Shown: positions 45,460 through 55,645 of the stretch, one piece after another
Position numbering within the stretch: the stretch's first letter is position 1
Layout: each line of letters begins with the position of its first letter
Assembly: GCA_963782915.1 (NCBI GenBank)
Contig: CAWALK010000022.1
Coordinates: forward strand, 265,098 to 329,097
Source of the DNA: an uncultured archaeon
GTDB taxonomy: Archaea; Thermoproteota; Bathyarchaeia; Bathyarchaeales; Bathycorpusculaceae
Direction of reading: 5' to 3'
Length of the DNA: 64,000 bases
Made by a program: the position numbers and the translations under genes
Notes under the pieces: model-generated
The model's input: only the letters and a program-made list of their open reading frames with translations
The model's database searches: none
What the model was told of the DNA's origin: nothing

Positions 45460-45864
45460 ATGCATGAATGGGCGTTAGCTGAAGCAATCTTGGCGTCTGC
45501 AAGGCAAATTGCTGAGCAGGAGCATTTGAGCTCGGTTTCTGAAGTGACGATTAGGGTGGGGGAGCTTCAGCAGGCTGAGCCGCCGATTCTAAGGTTTGCA
45601 CTCAAACAGATGAGTGAAGGCATCTTTAAGAGTGCTAAATTTCGGATTCTTAAGGCTAAATCCACACTCAAATGTCGAGTGTGCGGTACAGTTTGGGATT
45701 ATAACTCTAAAAAGCTCGATAAAGCCACGGCTGAGGCAATTCATTTTGTTCCCGAAGTCGCGCATACTTACATTAAGTGTCCTAAATGTGGCAGCCCTGA
45801 CTTTGAAATCGCCAGCGGACGCGGAGTTTGGCTCGAGGACATAAAAGGAGTTAAAACTGAGTGA
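45460..45864 (+). CDS. hypA: Hydrogenase nickel incorporation protein HypA
   Basis: MHEWALA, CRVC, CPKC...GRG. Confidence 0.93.
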   Translation: MHEWALAEAILASARQIAEQEHLSSVSEVTIRVGELQQAEPPILRFALKQMSEGIFKSAKFRILKAKSTLKCRVCGTVWDYNSKKLDKATAEAIHFVPEVAHTYIKCPKCGSPDFEIASGRGVWLEDIKGVKTE

Positions 45865-46610
45865 TTGATCCCAGAACAAGCATAATTACTGAACGTTTAG
45901 CGCGGATAAGGCGAATAATCGCAGTTTCAAGCGGCAAAGGCGGCGTGGGCAAAAGCATGGTAGCAACCGCATTGGCGCTTTCACTTGCAAAAGAAGGCTG
46001 CAAAGTCGGTCTCTTCGACGTCGATTTTACGGGTCCCTCAACCCACATAATCTTGGGCGTACCCAACTCTGTGCAGCCAACAGAAGACAAGGGCATCGTC
46101 CCAGCCACCTTCGCGGGCTTAGAGTACATGTCACTGGTTTACTTTGTGGGTGATAAGGCTGCGCCTCTGCGTGGAGCAGACGTATCCAACGCCCTCATCG
46201 AGTTGCTCTCTGTTACCCAATGGGGGGAACTGGATTTTCTCATAATTGATATGCCGCCTGGCATCGGCGACGCCGTACTGGACATAGTGCGCCTTGTTAG
46301 CCGAATTGAATTCCTGATTATCACCACACCCTCGCTGTTGGCGTTTGAAGTAGTCAAAAAACAAGTCGAATTACTCTGCGAACTCAAAATGCCCATTGTC
46401 GGCGTAATCGAAAACATGAAAGACGACAACTCAGCCATCATCAAACATGAAACCAAAAGGTTGGGCTTAAAGTATCTGGGAGCAATCGGATACGACGCAA
46501 AAGTCGAATCCTCAATCGGCAACCCAACAAAACTGCTGCAAACAGTCATCGGCGAATCAATGGATCAAATCAAAAAAGCCGCCGTAATAGAAAAGGGCAA
46601 CAGCAAATGA
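45861..46610 (+). CDS. Mrp/NBP35-family P-loop ATPase
   Basis: SGKGGVGKS, DMPPG, IENM. Confidence 0.92.
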   Translation: MIDPRTSIITERLARIRRIIAVSSGKGGVGKSMVATALALSLAKEGCKVGLFDVDFTGPSTHIILGVPNSVQPTEDKGIVPATFAGLEYMSLVYFVGDKAAPLRGADVSNALIELLSVTQWGELDFLIIDMPPGIGDAVLDIVRLVSRIEFLIITTPSLLAFEVVKKQVELLCELKMPIVGVIENMKDDNSAIIKHETKRLGLKYLGAIGYDAKVESSIGNPTKLLQTVIGESMDQIKKAAVIEKGNSK

Positions 46611-47338
46611 ACTGCAAAGCAGTAATCTTCGACTACATCGGCACCCTCGTCAACTGCCGCGGCTACAGTATGGCTGATTCAGAAAACAACCTCTACAACT
46701 CACTCGTTGCTTCTGGCTTCAATGTTGAAAAACGCGGTTTTCTGGACGCCTACAACGTCGCCCACAAGAAGTACCGCATCGTCCGCTATGAGCACTACCA
46801 AGAAGTCACAAACGCGGTTTGGGTCGCAGAAGCCCTCACCAGCCTCGGATACAAAGTGACGCCTCAGGATGAGCGGATTAAGGCTGGGCTTAACGTTTTC
46901 TTCCAAGACTTCATTGACACTTTGGAGTTGCGGGAAGGCGCCAAAGAAATTTTAACAGAAACAGCCCAACAGTACCGCATTGGATTGCTCAGTAACTTCA
47001 CGTTTGGTCCAGTTATCCACGATAGCCTCAGAAAAGTCGACATAAACCGATTCTTTAACGCTATCATCGTGTCAGAGGAGATTGGTTGGCGTAAACCCAG
47101 TCCCGTTATTTTCCAAGATATGCTGCAGCGGCTGCAGGTGACGGCTGACGAGGCGGTTTTTATTGGAGATAGCCCGCTCGAGGATATTAAGGGCGCATTG
47201 GATATGGGGATTCGCACTGTGTTTGTGCCGTCGCAGTTTAACAGCCGAAAGGATTTAGCGGAGAGCAAGTTGGAGCCTGATTACTTGGTTGATGACTTGT
47301 TGATGCTTTCCAGCAGATTAGCCGAAATAATAACGTGA
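46607..47338 (+). CDS. HAD-superfamily hydrolase
   Basis: FDYIGTL, LSN, RKP, IGDSPLEDIKGA. Confidence 0.9.
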   Translation: MNCKAVIFDYIGTLVNCRGYSMADSENNLYNSLVASGFNVEKRGFLDAYNVAHKKYRIVRYEHYQEVTNAVWVAEALTSLGYKVTPQDERIKAGLNVFFQDFIDTLELREGAKEILTETAQQYRIGLLSNFTFGPVIHDSLRKVDINRFFNAIIVSEEIGWRKPSPVIFQDMLQRLQVTADEAVFIGDSPLEDIKGALDMGIRTVFVPSQFNSRKDLAESKLEPDYLVDDLLMLSSRLAEIIT

Positions 47339-47405
47339 TAATCGCTGTTCAGTTTGTAGAACTGCCAAAACCATTTAAGCAGATTGTGTCTTATGGGTTT
47401 TATAG

Positions 47406-47966
47406 GTGAATTATATTTCAAACGATACACAGGTACGGTTTGGGCACAAACAGCTTGCTGCGGTCTTAGTTACTGCTATAGTTGTTATCTTAATTGTGTC
47501 ATTGTCGTTTAGTGGCTTGTTTGCTGCAATCCCAAATCAGTCCCCCGAGTCTACTCCAACCCCAACACCCACCACAACCATAACGCCTCTGTCGCCTACT
47601 CCGACGGCAACCCCAGTCCCGACCCAAACAGCAACACCAAACCCAACCCGAATGCCAGTCCCAATAGATTTCACTTGCGGAGCATTTTCAGTAACTGTGG
47701 GAGTGGACTTGAATGATGGAATGGATAATGCGGAAGCAATCGCCGTTGCCACCGCTATCTTCGATCATGAGTTGCCCAATGCAGCGCATGAAGTCAAATC
47801 GGCACAGGCAACTAGTAATGAAGTTTGGCAGGTAGGTTTCAACTGGGAGCTTAGTTCGTCGGCGACTCTGCCAAATGGAACAGCCGTTGAACTAAAACTT
47901 GGGCACGTCTTTGATGTAACTATATATGCGCAAAATAGAACGGTAACATACACTCGTTGCATGTAA
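47406..47966 (+). CDS. Membrane-anchored hypothetical protein with PT linker
   Basis: N-terminal TM followed by PTPTPT. Confidence 0.7.
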   Translation: MNYISNDTQVRFGHKQLAAVLVTAIVVILIVSLSFSGLFAAIPNQSPESTPTPTPTTTITPLSPTPTATPVPTQTATPNPTRMPVPIDFTCGAFSVTVGVDLNDGMDNAEAIAVATAIFDHELPNAAHEVKSAQATSNEVWQVGFNWELSSSATLPNGTAVELKLGHVFDVTIYAQNRTVTYTRCM

Positions 47967-47994
47967 GCGCTCTTTGATTAGCAGCTTCTGCTTC

Positions 47995-48240
47995 TATGCT
48001 GCTTCATATAAGGGGAGGGGGGTCAGTGCAGAGCAACAAACTCACGCTACAGTTTTCAGAACTGGGTACTCGGGGCAGTTGCCTAGTAGCCAAAGATGCC
48101 TGCCAGCAGTCGCATAAAAAAATCGTTTACCAACCAACAAACGCCCACTTCAACCTTGTTTTTGTCTGCACTTGTTGAGCCTATAAATAAGGGAGGGGGT
48201 AGAGAGAAAAACGCAACAGAGCACTAACCCCCAATCGCTG
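47995..48240. repeat. Intergenic fold-back element, copy A (MITE- or ncRNA-like)
   Basis: Colinear blocks shared with 54376-54640: AAGGGGAGGGGGGTC, CCAAAGATGCC, AACGCCCACTTC, GTTGAGCCTATAAATA. Confidence 0.75.
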
Positions 48241-48315
48241 AAAAAGCTGTCTTTGACGACAAAACTTAATTATTAATTGCAATGTATGAGAAGCCATTAA
48301 CAGGTGAAACTGTAA

Positions 48316-48969
48316 GTGAATGCTATTATCTTTGGAGCGCCAGGTGCGGGAAAAGGCACGTATTCCACGCGTATGCAAAAGCAACTTGGCGTTGACGTCA
48401 TTGCCATGGGAGATATCTTCCGTGAATCCGTAAAACAAAACAGTGAACTGGGCAAAAAAGTCAAAAGCTACGTCGAAAAAGGCGCATTAGTCCCAGACGA
48501 AGTCGTTGTCGAAGTCCTCAAAGACCGCCTAAGCAAAGTTCCAAAAGACAAAGGCTTCCTCCTAGACGGTTTCCCACGCACCATCGCCCAAGCAGACACA
48601 CTTGAGAAAATCACCAAAATCGACGTTATCTTAATGCTAGACGTCCCAGACCAGATCATCATCCAACGCCTCACCTCAAGACGACTCTGCAAAAACTGCG
48701 GCACAGTCTACAACATCCGATTCCTAAAACCCAAAGTCGAAGGCAAATGCGACAAATGCGGTGGAGAACTCTACCAACGCGCAGACGACAACGAAGAAGT
48801 CATCAAAAACCGCCTCAACGTCTACAAAACACAAACTGAACCAGTCGTTGCTTACTACAAGAAAAAGAACATACCCTTCATCGTAAACGTAACCACATCC
48901 ATCGATCAACAACCAGAACCGATGGTTGAACACATGATGGCTGAGTTAAAGAAACTAAAACTCGCCTAA
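48316..48969 (+). CDS. adk: Adenylate kinase (bacterial type, Zn-lid)
   Basis: GAPGAGKGT, LDGFPRT, CKNC...CDKC, QRADD. Confidence 0.96.
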   Translation: MNAIIFGAPGAGKGTYSTRMQKQLGVDVIAMGDIFRESVKQNSELGKKVKSYVEKGALVPDEVVVEVLKDRLSKVPKDKGFLLDGFPRTIAQADTLEKITKIDVILMLDVPDQIIIQRLTSRRLCKNCGTVYNIRFLKPKVEGKCDKCGGELYQRADDNEEVIKNRLNVYKTQTEPVVAYYKKKNIPFIVNVTTSIDQQPEPMVEHMMAELKKLKLA

Positions 48970-49008
48970 ACCAGAAAAAAGAAAATTTCTTTTCTTTTAT
49001 CTTTTTTG

Positions 49009-49478
49009 TTAAATATCGAGGATGAATTCGAGAGTTACACTTTCAGGTTCACGGATAACAACCATCAAATGGTAAGTTATCGCTTTCACCCCGACTTTCT
49101 GCGGATGCTTTTTTGGGATCAAATTTTTCACCCCAAATCTTCGCTTCAAACTTGAAAGATTCAGGGGTTTCTCGGAAATTCTCGATTAAGAATTTGCTGT
49201 AGAGCATGCCTTGTGTTTCAGATTTTACCAGTAACGCTTCGAGCCAATTGTAGAGTAAGGCGTATTGGTCTTCGGCTTCAACCTCAAATGATTCCTCAAC
49301 TGTTTGGGCGACTTTGCTGGTGTCAGTCATAGTCTCAAACATCGCTAAGGCAGCGTTTTCGTAGGCATCCCACATTTTTTGACCGAATGCCCTTACATAG
49401 ACGTCTGCGGTGTGTTCTAGAAACTCGAATTTTCCAGCGAATTTATCAGGCTTCTGCGGCTTTGCTGTGTTTGCTCAT
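49009..49478 (-). CDS. Archease (frameshifted)
   Basis: FEFLEHTADV...ENAALAMF...VKAITYH...FILDI*. Confidence 0.9.
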
Positions 49479-49553
49479 GCTTACTCACTTAATCAATGAA
49501 TAGGAGAAGGGTGGAATAAAAAACAGTTTCCCCCAAAAGACAACAAAAAAGGG

Positions 49554-49955
49554 TTAAGGCGCTTCAAGCGCTATGTATGCTTCGATTACTGACTCGACTA
49601 GCGCTGTACAAGCTTTTTTGTTTGCCTTAAGCTCTTTGCACAGGACACATCCATGTTGCTGCTCGAATTGGCGGTAAAGTTTTTGCGTATACTTGTTGGC
49701 TTGGGCACGTTTTTTGGGGTCAGCATCGTTTGAACCATATTCTATACCGACTGCCATGACACCTCCGATTAGGGCGCCGCAGACTGAACCGCATCCGCCC
49801 ATGCCGCTGCCGAATCCAGCCGCGATTTTTGGAATAACCTCATTTTTGCTGTCTGGGCTAATGTGCTCAGCGAGTGCTAAGAGTACGCTTTGTGCACAGT
49901 TGTAGCCGCCTTTGAAGTTGGCGAGGGCTTTTTGGCTGAGCAACTCAGTGGACAT
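49554..49955 (-). CDS. C-GCAxxG-C-C family putative redox protein
   Basis: NCAQS, GSVCGAL, CKEL, C. Confidence 0.9.
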   Translation of the reverse strand: MSTELLSQKALANFKGGYNCAQSVLLALAEHISPDSKNEVIPKIAAGFGSGMGGCGSVCGALIGGVMAVGIEYGSNDADPKKRAQANKYTQKLYRQFEQQHGCVLCKELKANKKACTALVESVIEAYIALEAP

Positions 49956-49967
49956 GGCTGGGTTTCC

Positions 49968-51011
49968 TTAGAAGTGTTTGGTTGCTTTTTGGATGGCTGC
50001 TGCTGCAAGTTTTGCGGAGTTTTCGATGTCTACTAGGTTGAGGATGCCGACTGGGCTGTGGATGTAGCGTGTGGGAATCGAGATGGTTCCGCTTGGGATA
50101 CCCTGGCGTGTTAGGCTGATGCGTGCTGCATCGGTGCTGCCAAGTAAGCCAGATTCGAGTTGGATAGGAATGTTTTCTTCAGCGGCGGTATCCAGTATCC
50201 AACGCATAATTTTTGGATGAGTAATAACCCCTGAATCAGAAACAGTCAATGAAGGTCCCTTGCCCATTTTGACGCTTGTGTCATATTCTCTTACGCCTGG
50301 AACATCACCTGCAATGGTAACATCCAATGCTAATGCAAGGTCTGGGTCAACGCTAAAAGCAGCAGTTCCTGCACCACGCAAACCCACCTCTTCCTGCACA
50401 GTGCCAACCGCGTAAACGGTGCAGTCAACGTCTTTGAGCAGCTTCATGGTTTCAACCATAGCGGCGCATCCAGCGCGGTTATCGAATGCTTTGCCCATCA
50501 CGTTCTCTTTAGATAATTTAGTGTACTGCACGTCAAATGCGATAGCGTCGCCAATTGCTACACCCATATTGACTGCATCTTCTTTGCTTTCGGCGCCAAT
50601 GTCAATGAAGAGGTCGTCGTAAGCCATAATTTTTTTGCGCTCCTCCTCTTTTTGAATATGCGGAGGTTTAGAGCCAACTGTACCTGGATAAGCGTCTTTT
50701 TTAGTGTAGACAACGACTTTTTGTGCGGCTAGGATGCGGTCGTCGATTCCGCCGAGTTTGCTGAATTGGAGAAAACCGTCTTTTGTGATGGTTTTAACCA
50801 TTAAACCCACTTCGTCCATATGAGCTGCTAGCATGATTTTTGGTGCGTTTGGTTTACCTTTTTTGGTGGCTATGATGTTTTCCATTCTGTCAATTTGGAT
50901 TTCGTCTGTGTAGGGTTTTAACATCTCGCCTAAGAGTTCACGGACTTTGTTTTCTCTGCCCGTTACTCCGCAGGCGTTTGAAAGTTTCTCCAGATTCTGG
51001 TTTAGTGACAA
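49968..51011 (-). CDS. M42 (TET) aminopeptidase
   Basis: AHMDEVG, KAFDNRAG, QEEVGLRGA, TRYIHSP. Confidence 0.95.
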   Translation of the reverse strand: MSLNQNLEKLSNACGVTGRENKVRELLGEMLKPYTDEIQIDRMENIIATKKGKPNAPKIMLAAHMDEVGLMVKTITKDGFLQFSKLGGIDDRILAAQKVVVYTKKDAYPGTVGSKPPHIQKEEERKKIMAYDDLFIDIGAESKEDAVNMGVAIGDAIAFDVQYTKLSKENVMGKAFDNRAGCAAMVETMKLLKDVDCTVYAVGTVQEEVGLRGAGTAAFSVDPDLALALDVTIAGDVPGVREYDTSVKMGKGPSLTVSDSGVITHPKIMRWILDTAAEENIPIQLESGLLGSTDAARISLTRQGIPSGTISIPTRYIHSPVGILNLVDIENSAKLAAAAIQKATKHF

Positions 51012-51078
51012 GTATAGTGTGCCTTCTAGTTTTTGTTGGATAGAAGCTTGAGGCAGTTGGTTATTAAACGGTTGCGGT

Positions 51079-51354
51079 TTATGGGTTTTCGGTTGGCGGC
51101 GCTACTGGCGGCGTTTCGGGCGGTTCAGTGTATGGCGTGTAGGGTCTTGTGGGTGGTGCTTGTCGGCGGTTTGTATCCATGTAATCTACAACCAGCAGTA
51201 TGCCTTGTATGATTAGGAATATACCGATTATGTAACCTACAAGCGCGGGGAAAATCAGCAACAGGATACCGAAGATTATGCAAATTATTGCTAGAACTGG
51301 TCGTGAAACTGATATGCCTGCTTTTTTTAATCCTTTATCGAGTACGTCTGCCAA
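51079..51354 (-). CDS. Small membrane protein (DUF3096-like)
   Basis: IFGILLLIFPALVGYIIGIFLIIQG. Confidence 0.7.
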   Translation of the reverse strand: MADVLDKGLKKAGISVSRPVLAIICIIFGILLLIFPALVGYIIGIFLIIQGILLVVDYMDTNRRQAPPTRPYTPYTEPPETPPVAPPTENP

Positions 51355-51493
51355 AAAGGGTTTCTCCTGCTAGGAACTTTTTGGTTCTGGATATTTTAAG
51401 GTTGGTTAGAAGCGGTTGATTCAGAAATACTGCTGAGTAAGGTTAAAAATGAAAAAAGTTGGTTTCCCAAAAAGACGTTTATCGCTTTTTGGT

Positions 51494-52045
51494 TTAGTTT
51501 AGTTGTCTGCCGCAGTTGGGGCAGAAGCGTACGCCTGGTTGCACTTGGGTTCCGCATTGTGGGCATGTGGTTGCCATTGGCTGCTGGTATGCTGCTGGTT
51601 GTGGTGGTGGTCCATAGTATGGTTGCTGTGGTGCATATTGTTTTGGTGCTCCTGCGGGTATTGGTTTGTAGGTTAATGCAAGGATGCCGCCGATGAAGCC
51701 CAGTATTGTGCCTAAAGATATCCGATGATGTGAGAAGATGAGGATGAGTAGACCCCATTTGGCGTGTTCTAGTGGGTTTGCTTTGAGTTTCTTTGCGAAC
51801 ATTAAGACGAGTATTGAGGATATGAGGCCCCATACGCCGATTCCGAAGTAAAGTGCCATTGCTGAGTCGACAGCGCTGCAGTGTAGTCATAGTAATAGCT
51901 GTAAGCAGTTAGAGTCTAATGAGTGAGTGCAAGAAGCGAGTGCGCCAAGTGCGAAAAGTCCAAGTGATATTAGTATGCCGAGTATGCTGCCGATTATTGA
52001 TAGCCAGTATGCTGCTGATGGTTGGTTTTGAACTTGATTTGACAT
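51494..52045 (-). CDS. Membrane protein with C-terminal zinc ribbon (frameshifted)
   Basis: MSNQVQNQPSAAYWLSIIG...GFIGGILAL...CPQCG...CPNCG. Confidence 0.7.
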
Positions 52046-52140
52046 TTTTCTCCCTTAACTCCAGATGACGCTATTGTCTTGCGTAAGATGTATAAAAAAT
52101 TTGTTAGCGCTAACATGCCTGAATAGGGCAATTTGGAGTG

Positions 52141-52609
52141 TTACTGTGGTTTCTTATATGCGCGGGCTTTTTTCTTTATCCAAAACCAAGTAACTATCAG
52201 TGCAACTATTAGAACGACAACAACGAACAGAATTATGCCCACAATAGATGAGACGGGGAACCCAACGAAGTTGCGTTCAGCAACAGCAGTTGCGGATTGT
52301 CCATCAGAATCGAAGGCGACTGCTTTGATGCTATGAGTTCCCTCCGTGAAGTTAGCGGTATCGAAGTTCCAACTGAATGGTGCCGAAGTGTCGTTGACTT
52401 CAAGTTGATTATCTACGTAGAATTCTACGTCGAGTTACGTTTTGGGAGACTTGAGCGGTGATAGTCCATTCTCCGCTGATGTCGTTTCCCATACCGTAAC
52501 CATTGTTTTTATACCAACTTAAACTTAAAGTTGGTGTGGCATAAGCGCTAGCAACTGAACAAGCCATAACTATTAGGAAACAGGTGACTGCTAATCCTTT
52601 AACGTGCAT
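52141..52609 (-). CDS. Secreted Ig-like (Big) domain protein with C-terminal TM (frameshifted)
   Basis: Signal peptide; VEFYVDNQL...APFSWNFDT...GTHSIKAVAFD in the adjacent frame. Confidence 0.7.
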
Positions 52610-52765
52610 CTAATGCTACCTCGTTTTAGAGAAAACAATAATCCAATTATATAAAGGCTGATGGCAGTTGGGGCATAGTTGAGTAATGCAAAGGCTTTGT
52701 TGGCAACAATAATTTTATAAGACCACTACAGGGTTGATGGTGGCTGTATTGGAGTTTCTGGTGTC

Positions 52766-53440
52766 GTGAAAAGCTTCAAACGTATCTTAGTCGTCGGTGA
52801 AGAGAACATCTTTGGGGAATTATCCCAAATCATAGTTATTGCAGCGGAAGCCAACACGATACTATACAACATGCTTAGTGACTGCAAAAACGAGAAATGC
52901 CTCGACACAGGCATGCAGGCTATACGTGTTTTAGAGGATAAATCGGATAAAATCGCATTCAAAGTAAACGAGGACATTACTACAGGTGCGGTTAGCCCCA
53001 ACATACTGGAGCATCTGCTGGAATGTGTCCACGTCGCTGACGACATCGTTGACACTTACTATTATCAGAGCCGCGAAATGAGTCGAATGTATAAAGCTAA
53101 ATTCCCCTACTCCGAAGACATCCAAGACGCCGAATGGATTGCCATCTTCAAGAGCATGCTGGATTTAGCTGAAAAAGCACTTGTTAAAGTGAAGCAGACA
53201 CTGCTGATTTCTGATTTAAGCGAAGTTTTGCAGTTGCGCAAAGAGATTGAGGCGCTTGAGCAACAGGGTGACGAAATTAAAGACAGAGGCTTCGACGTTC
53301 TCTACCATGAAGCTCCACAAATGCATTACCTACAGTTCTACCATTACAGCGAGTTATTGCACAAGTTCGATGACATTTTGGATGGCTGTGAAGACCTCTC
53401 GGATTTGGTACTTTCAGTAATTACTTCGATACTTAAGTGA
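52766..53440 (+). CDS. DUF47/PhoU-like phosphate transport regulator
   Basis: LEDKSDKI, LEQQGDEIK, DGCEDLSD; directly upstream of PiT. Confidence 0.88.
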   Translation: MKSFKRILVVGEENIFGELSQIIVIAAEANTILYNMLSDCKNEKCLDTGMQAIRVLEDKSDKIAFKVNEDITTGAVSPNILEHLLECVHVADDIVDTYYYQSREMSRMYKAKFPYSEDIQDAEWIAIFKSMLDLAEKALVKVKQTLLISDLSEVLQLRKEIEALEQQGDEIKDRGFDVLYHEAPQMHYLQFYHYSELLHKFDDILDGCEDLSDLVLSVITSILK

Positions 53441-53447
53441 GTCAAAG

Positions 53448-54359
53448 TTGATTTTCGAAGTTTTATTGGTTGTTTTGGTTTTCTTGGCTGTGGCTTTGGT
53501 TGCGGGCAACAACCTTTCAGCCTGCGTTGGACCAGCCGTCGGCGCAAGAATTCTCACCAAACGCACTGGCGCATTTCTCGGAGCCGCAGGTTTTGCTACT
53601 GGGTTGCTTGTGCAAGGTTGGGGCATGGCTACCTCCATAAACAATCTTATGCCAAACGCTTCAATGGGACTTCAAGCCGAAGTGTTGGCGGTGGCTATTG
53701 CCATCTTTTTTGTTGCTCTCTTAGCAAGGGTTCCCATGTCTTTGAGTATGTCGCTTGTGGGGTTGCTTGCAGGTGTCTCACTTGCCAACGGTTTAACCTC
53801 GCAGGTGCCATACATGACTGAGGTAGTCGCTATGTGGTTTATAGCGCCCGCTGTAGCGGCGGTTGTCGCGTTTTATCTTATCCGATTCATCAATAGCCGT
53901 AAAGCTAAAAATATCTGGGGCAGAATCCGCTTCTACAAAGCCCTACTTATCATACTGGCATTTACGACTGCATATGGTTTAGGCGCCAACACATTGGGTT
54001 TGATTGTAGCGACAGGCGGTTTCAGTTATGCAACAGTAGCTGCGGCGGTAGTAGCGATTTTTGTTGGCTCATTCTTTTTGGGTGCAGGCGCGATTAGGCG
54101 GGTGGGCGAAGAATTCTACCTCATGCGCTACTCAAACGCTACAGTCGCGTTGGCTGCCTCCACGATTCTGGTTATAGCGGCTTCTTTTCTAAATATTCCA
54201 TTATCGAATACGCAGACCACTACAGCAGCAGTCTTCGGCGCAGGCATGTCCTACAAATCAAAATTCCTATCCCTAAAACCCTACCTGACCATTGTCGTTA
54301 GCTGGGTAGTGGCGCCGCTGCTAAGCTTCACCATAGGCTACTTCCTGATAAGCGCATAG
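53448..54359 (+). CDS. Inorganic phosphate transporter (PiT family)
   Basis: GNN, GAN, IPLSNTQ, SWVVAP. Confidence 0.85.
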   Translation: MIFEVLLVVLVFLAVALVAGNNLSACVGPAVGARILTKRTGAFLGAAGFATGLLVQGWGMATSINNLMPNASMGLQAEVLAVAIAIFFVALLARVPMSLSMSLVGLLAGVSLANGLTSQVPYMTEVVAMWFIAPAVAAVVAFYLIRFINSRKAKNIWGRIRFYKALLIILAFTTAYGLGANTLGLIVATGGFSYATVAAAVVAIFVGSFFLGAGAIRRVGEEFYLMRYSNATVALAASTILVIAASFLNIPLSNTQTTTAAVFGAGMSYKSKFLSLKPYLTIVVSWVVAPLLSFTIGYFLISA

Positions 54360-54375
54360 CACCTATCAAGTCGTG

Positions 54376-54640
54376 CTTGCTTTGCGGTAGGTACCCTCTC
54401 CCTTATTTAAGGGGAGGGGGGTCCGCCGAGAGCAATAAACCTATCCTACACCTAAACCGCTGGACGCTCGGCACAACTGTCTATCAACCAAAGATGCCAG
54501 ATAGCAACCGTATCAAAAAAGCCGCCGACAACCAACTAACGCCCACTTCTGCCTTGTTTTCCTCTGCATCCGTTGAGCCTATAAATAGAGGGGGGTATAG
54601 AGAAAAATCGCAAGTAGACCTAACTGGTCAGTGTTGAGGT
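54376..54640. repeat. Intergenic fold-back element, copy B
   Basis: Homologous to 47995-48240; left end TACCCTCTCCCTTATTTA is an inverted match to the right end. Confidence 0.75.
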
Positions 54641-54808
54641 TTTTTCACTGCTTGCAGAATCGGCTGGAATCAGCCTGCGACCCAAACCAGACACCGCGCT
54701 AAAAAGCAACCATTAGCACAACCCATGGGTTGTTGTTGAAACAAGTGGGCTTCTCACAAATTCTGAAATTAAAAAAAGAAAATGATAACCAAAAAATAAA
54801 GGTGAAAA

Positions 54809-55096
54809 TTATTTAGAGCCGACTAATTCTTCAACTTCTTTTTTGCCAGCCTCATTTTCAACAACTTGCTCTTTATCATTCATGAGAAGCAGCGTCTGGA
54901 ACTCGGCAACATGGGTTTTCTCTTCTTTAGCAATATCAAGCAGCACCTTCTTTATGCCTGGATTCTCTGCCAACGCTGCCATCTGCTCATATAGGTTTAT
55001 TGCGTCTAACTCCGCGATGATTCCGACTCTTAGGATTTCATTGTCACTGGTTACTTTAGTTAGTTTTTCGAGTTTGATTGGTATTTGAGCTAACAT
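54809..55096 (-). CDS. Small ferritin-like protein (EncFtn/rubrerythrin-like)
   Basis: AELDAINLYEQ...IAKEEKTHVAEF. Confidence 0.88.
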   Translation of the reverse strand: MLAQIPIKLEKLTKVTSDNEILRVGIIAELDAINLYEQMAALAENPGIKKVLLDIAKEEKTHVAEFQTLLLMNDKEQVVENEAGKKEVEELVGSK

Positions 55097-55159
55097 TTAG
55101 AGGTCTCCCTATCGAATAGCTTGCATTAGAAACATAAACATTGCCGAAATAGCGCTTGG

Positions 55160-55546
55160 TTAGAGCAGGGTGACTTTGACTTCTGAAACCTGCTTATTCG
55201 CCCTCAAAGCCGCAATATACGCCTTCATAACCTGTGCATCGCCTTTAGCGATGATAACTTCGATGCAATAGCCTTCTTCAATGTGTGTATGCAAGAAGGT
55301 TAGTACAACGTTGCTGGCGTGGTGTTGGCTGTCGGTGTTTTGTGCGGTTTTGGCGCCTTTGTGGTAGATTATTGTGATTGTGGCTGCTATGGTTCCTTTG
55401 AGTTCTTCTAGTCTTTTGGCTTCTGAGATGTATGTTCTGAGTGCTTGGCGTACGATTTCGGAGCGGTTTGCGTAGCCTTGTTCTTTTATGTAGTTGTCGA
55501 CTTTTTCCAGGAGGGGTTTTGGTATGGAAAGGCTCACTATGCTCAT
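55160..55546 (-). CDS. nikR: NikR-family ribbon-helix-helix metalloregulator
   Basis: IVSLSIP...GYANRSEIVRQA; QHH...HTH...C metal ligands retained. Confidence 0.85.
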   Translation of the reverse strand: MSIVSLSIPKPLLEKVDNYIKEQGYANRSEIVRQALRTYISEAKRLEELKGTIAATITIIYHKGAKTAQNTDSQHHASNVVLTFLHTHIEEGYCIEVIIAKGDAQVMKAYIAALRANKQVSEVKVTLL

Positions 55547-55587
55547 GGCTGGTCTTATTAAGATTGGTTGTTTAGTCATATAAGGTT

Positions 55588-55616
55588 TTATTAAGAAATA
55601 GGGTAGATTTTAATAA
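55588..55616. promoter_or_regulatory. Candidate NikR operator TTATTAA-N15-TTAATAA
   Basis: Perfect inverted half-sites in the divergent nikR/ZIP promoter; an extra TTATTAAGA at 55555. Confidence 0.55.
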
Positions 55617-55645
55617 CACTGAGCGGTGACTCACACGAACCACCC

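Noticed and set aside
47996-54637. ORFs 47996..48178 and 54377..54637 as a small protein family (both contain RGGGS)
   Set aside because: Similarity continues at DNA level while the frames diverge, so the repeat is non-coding.
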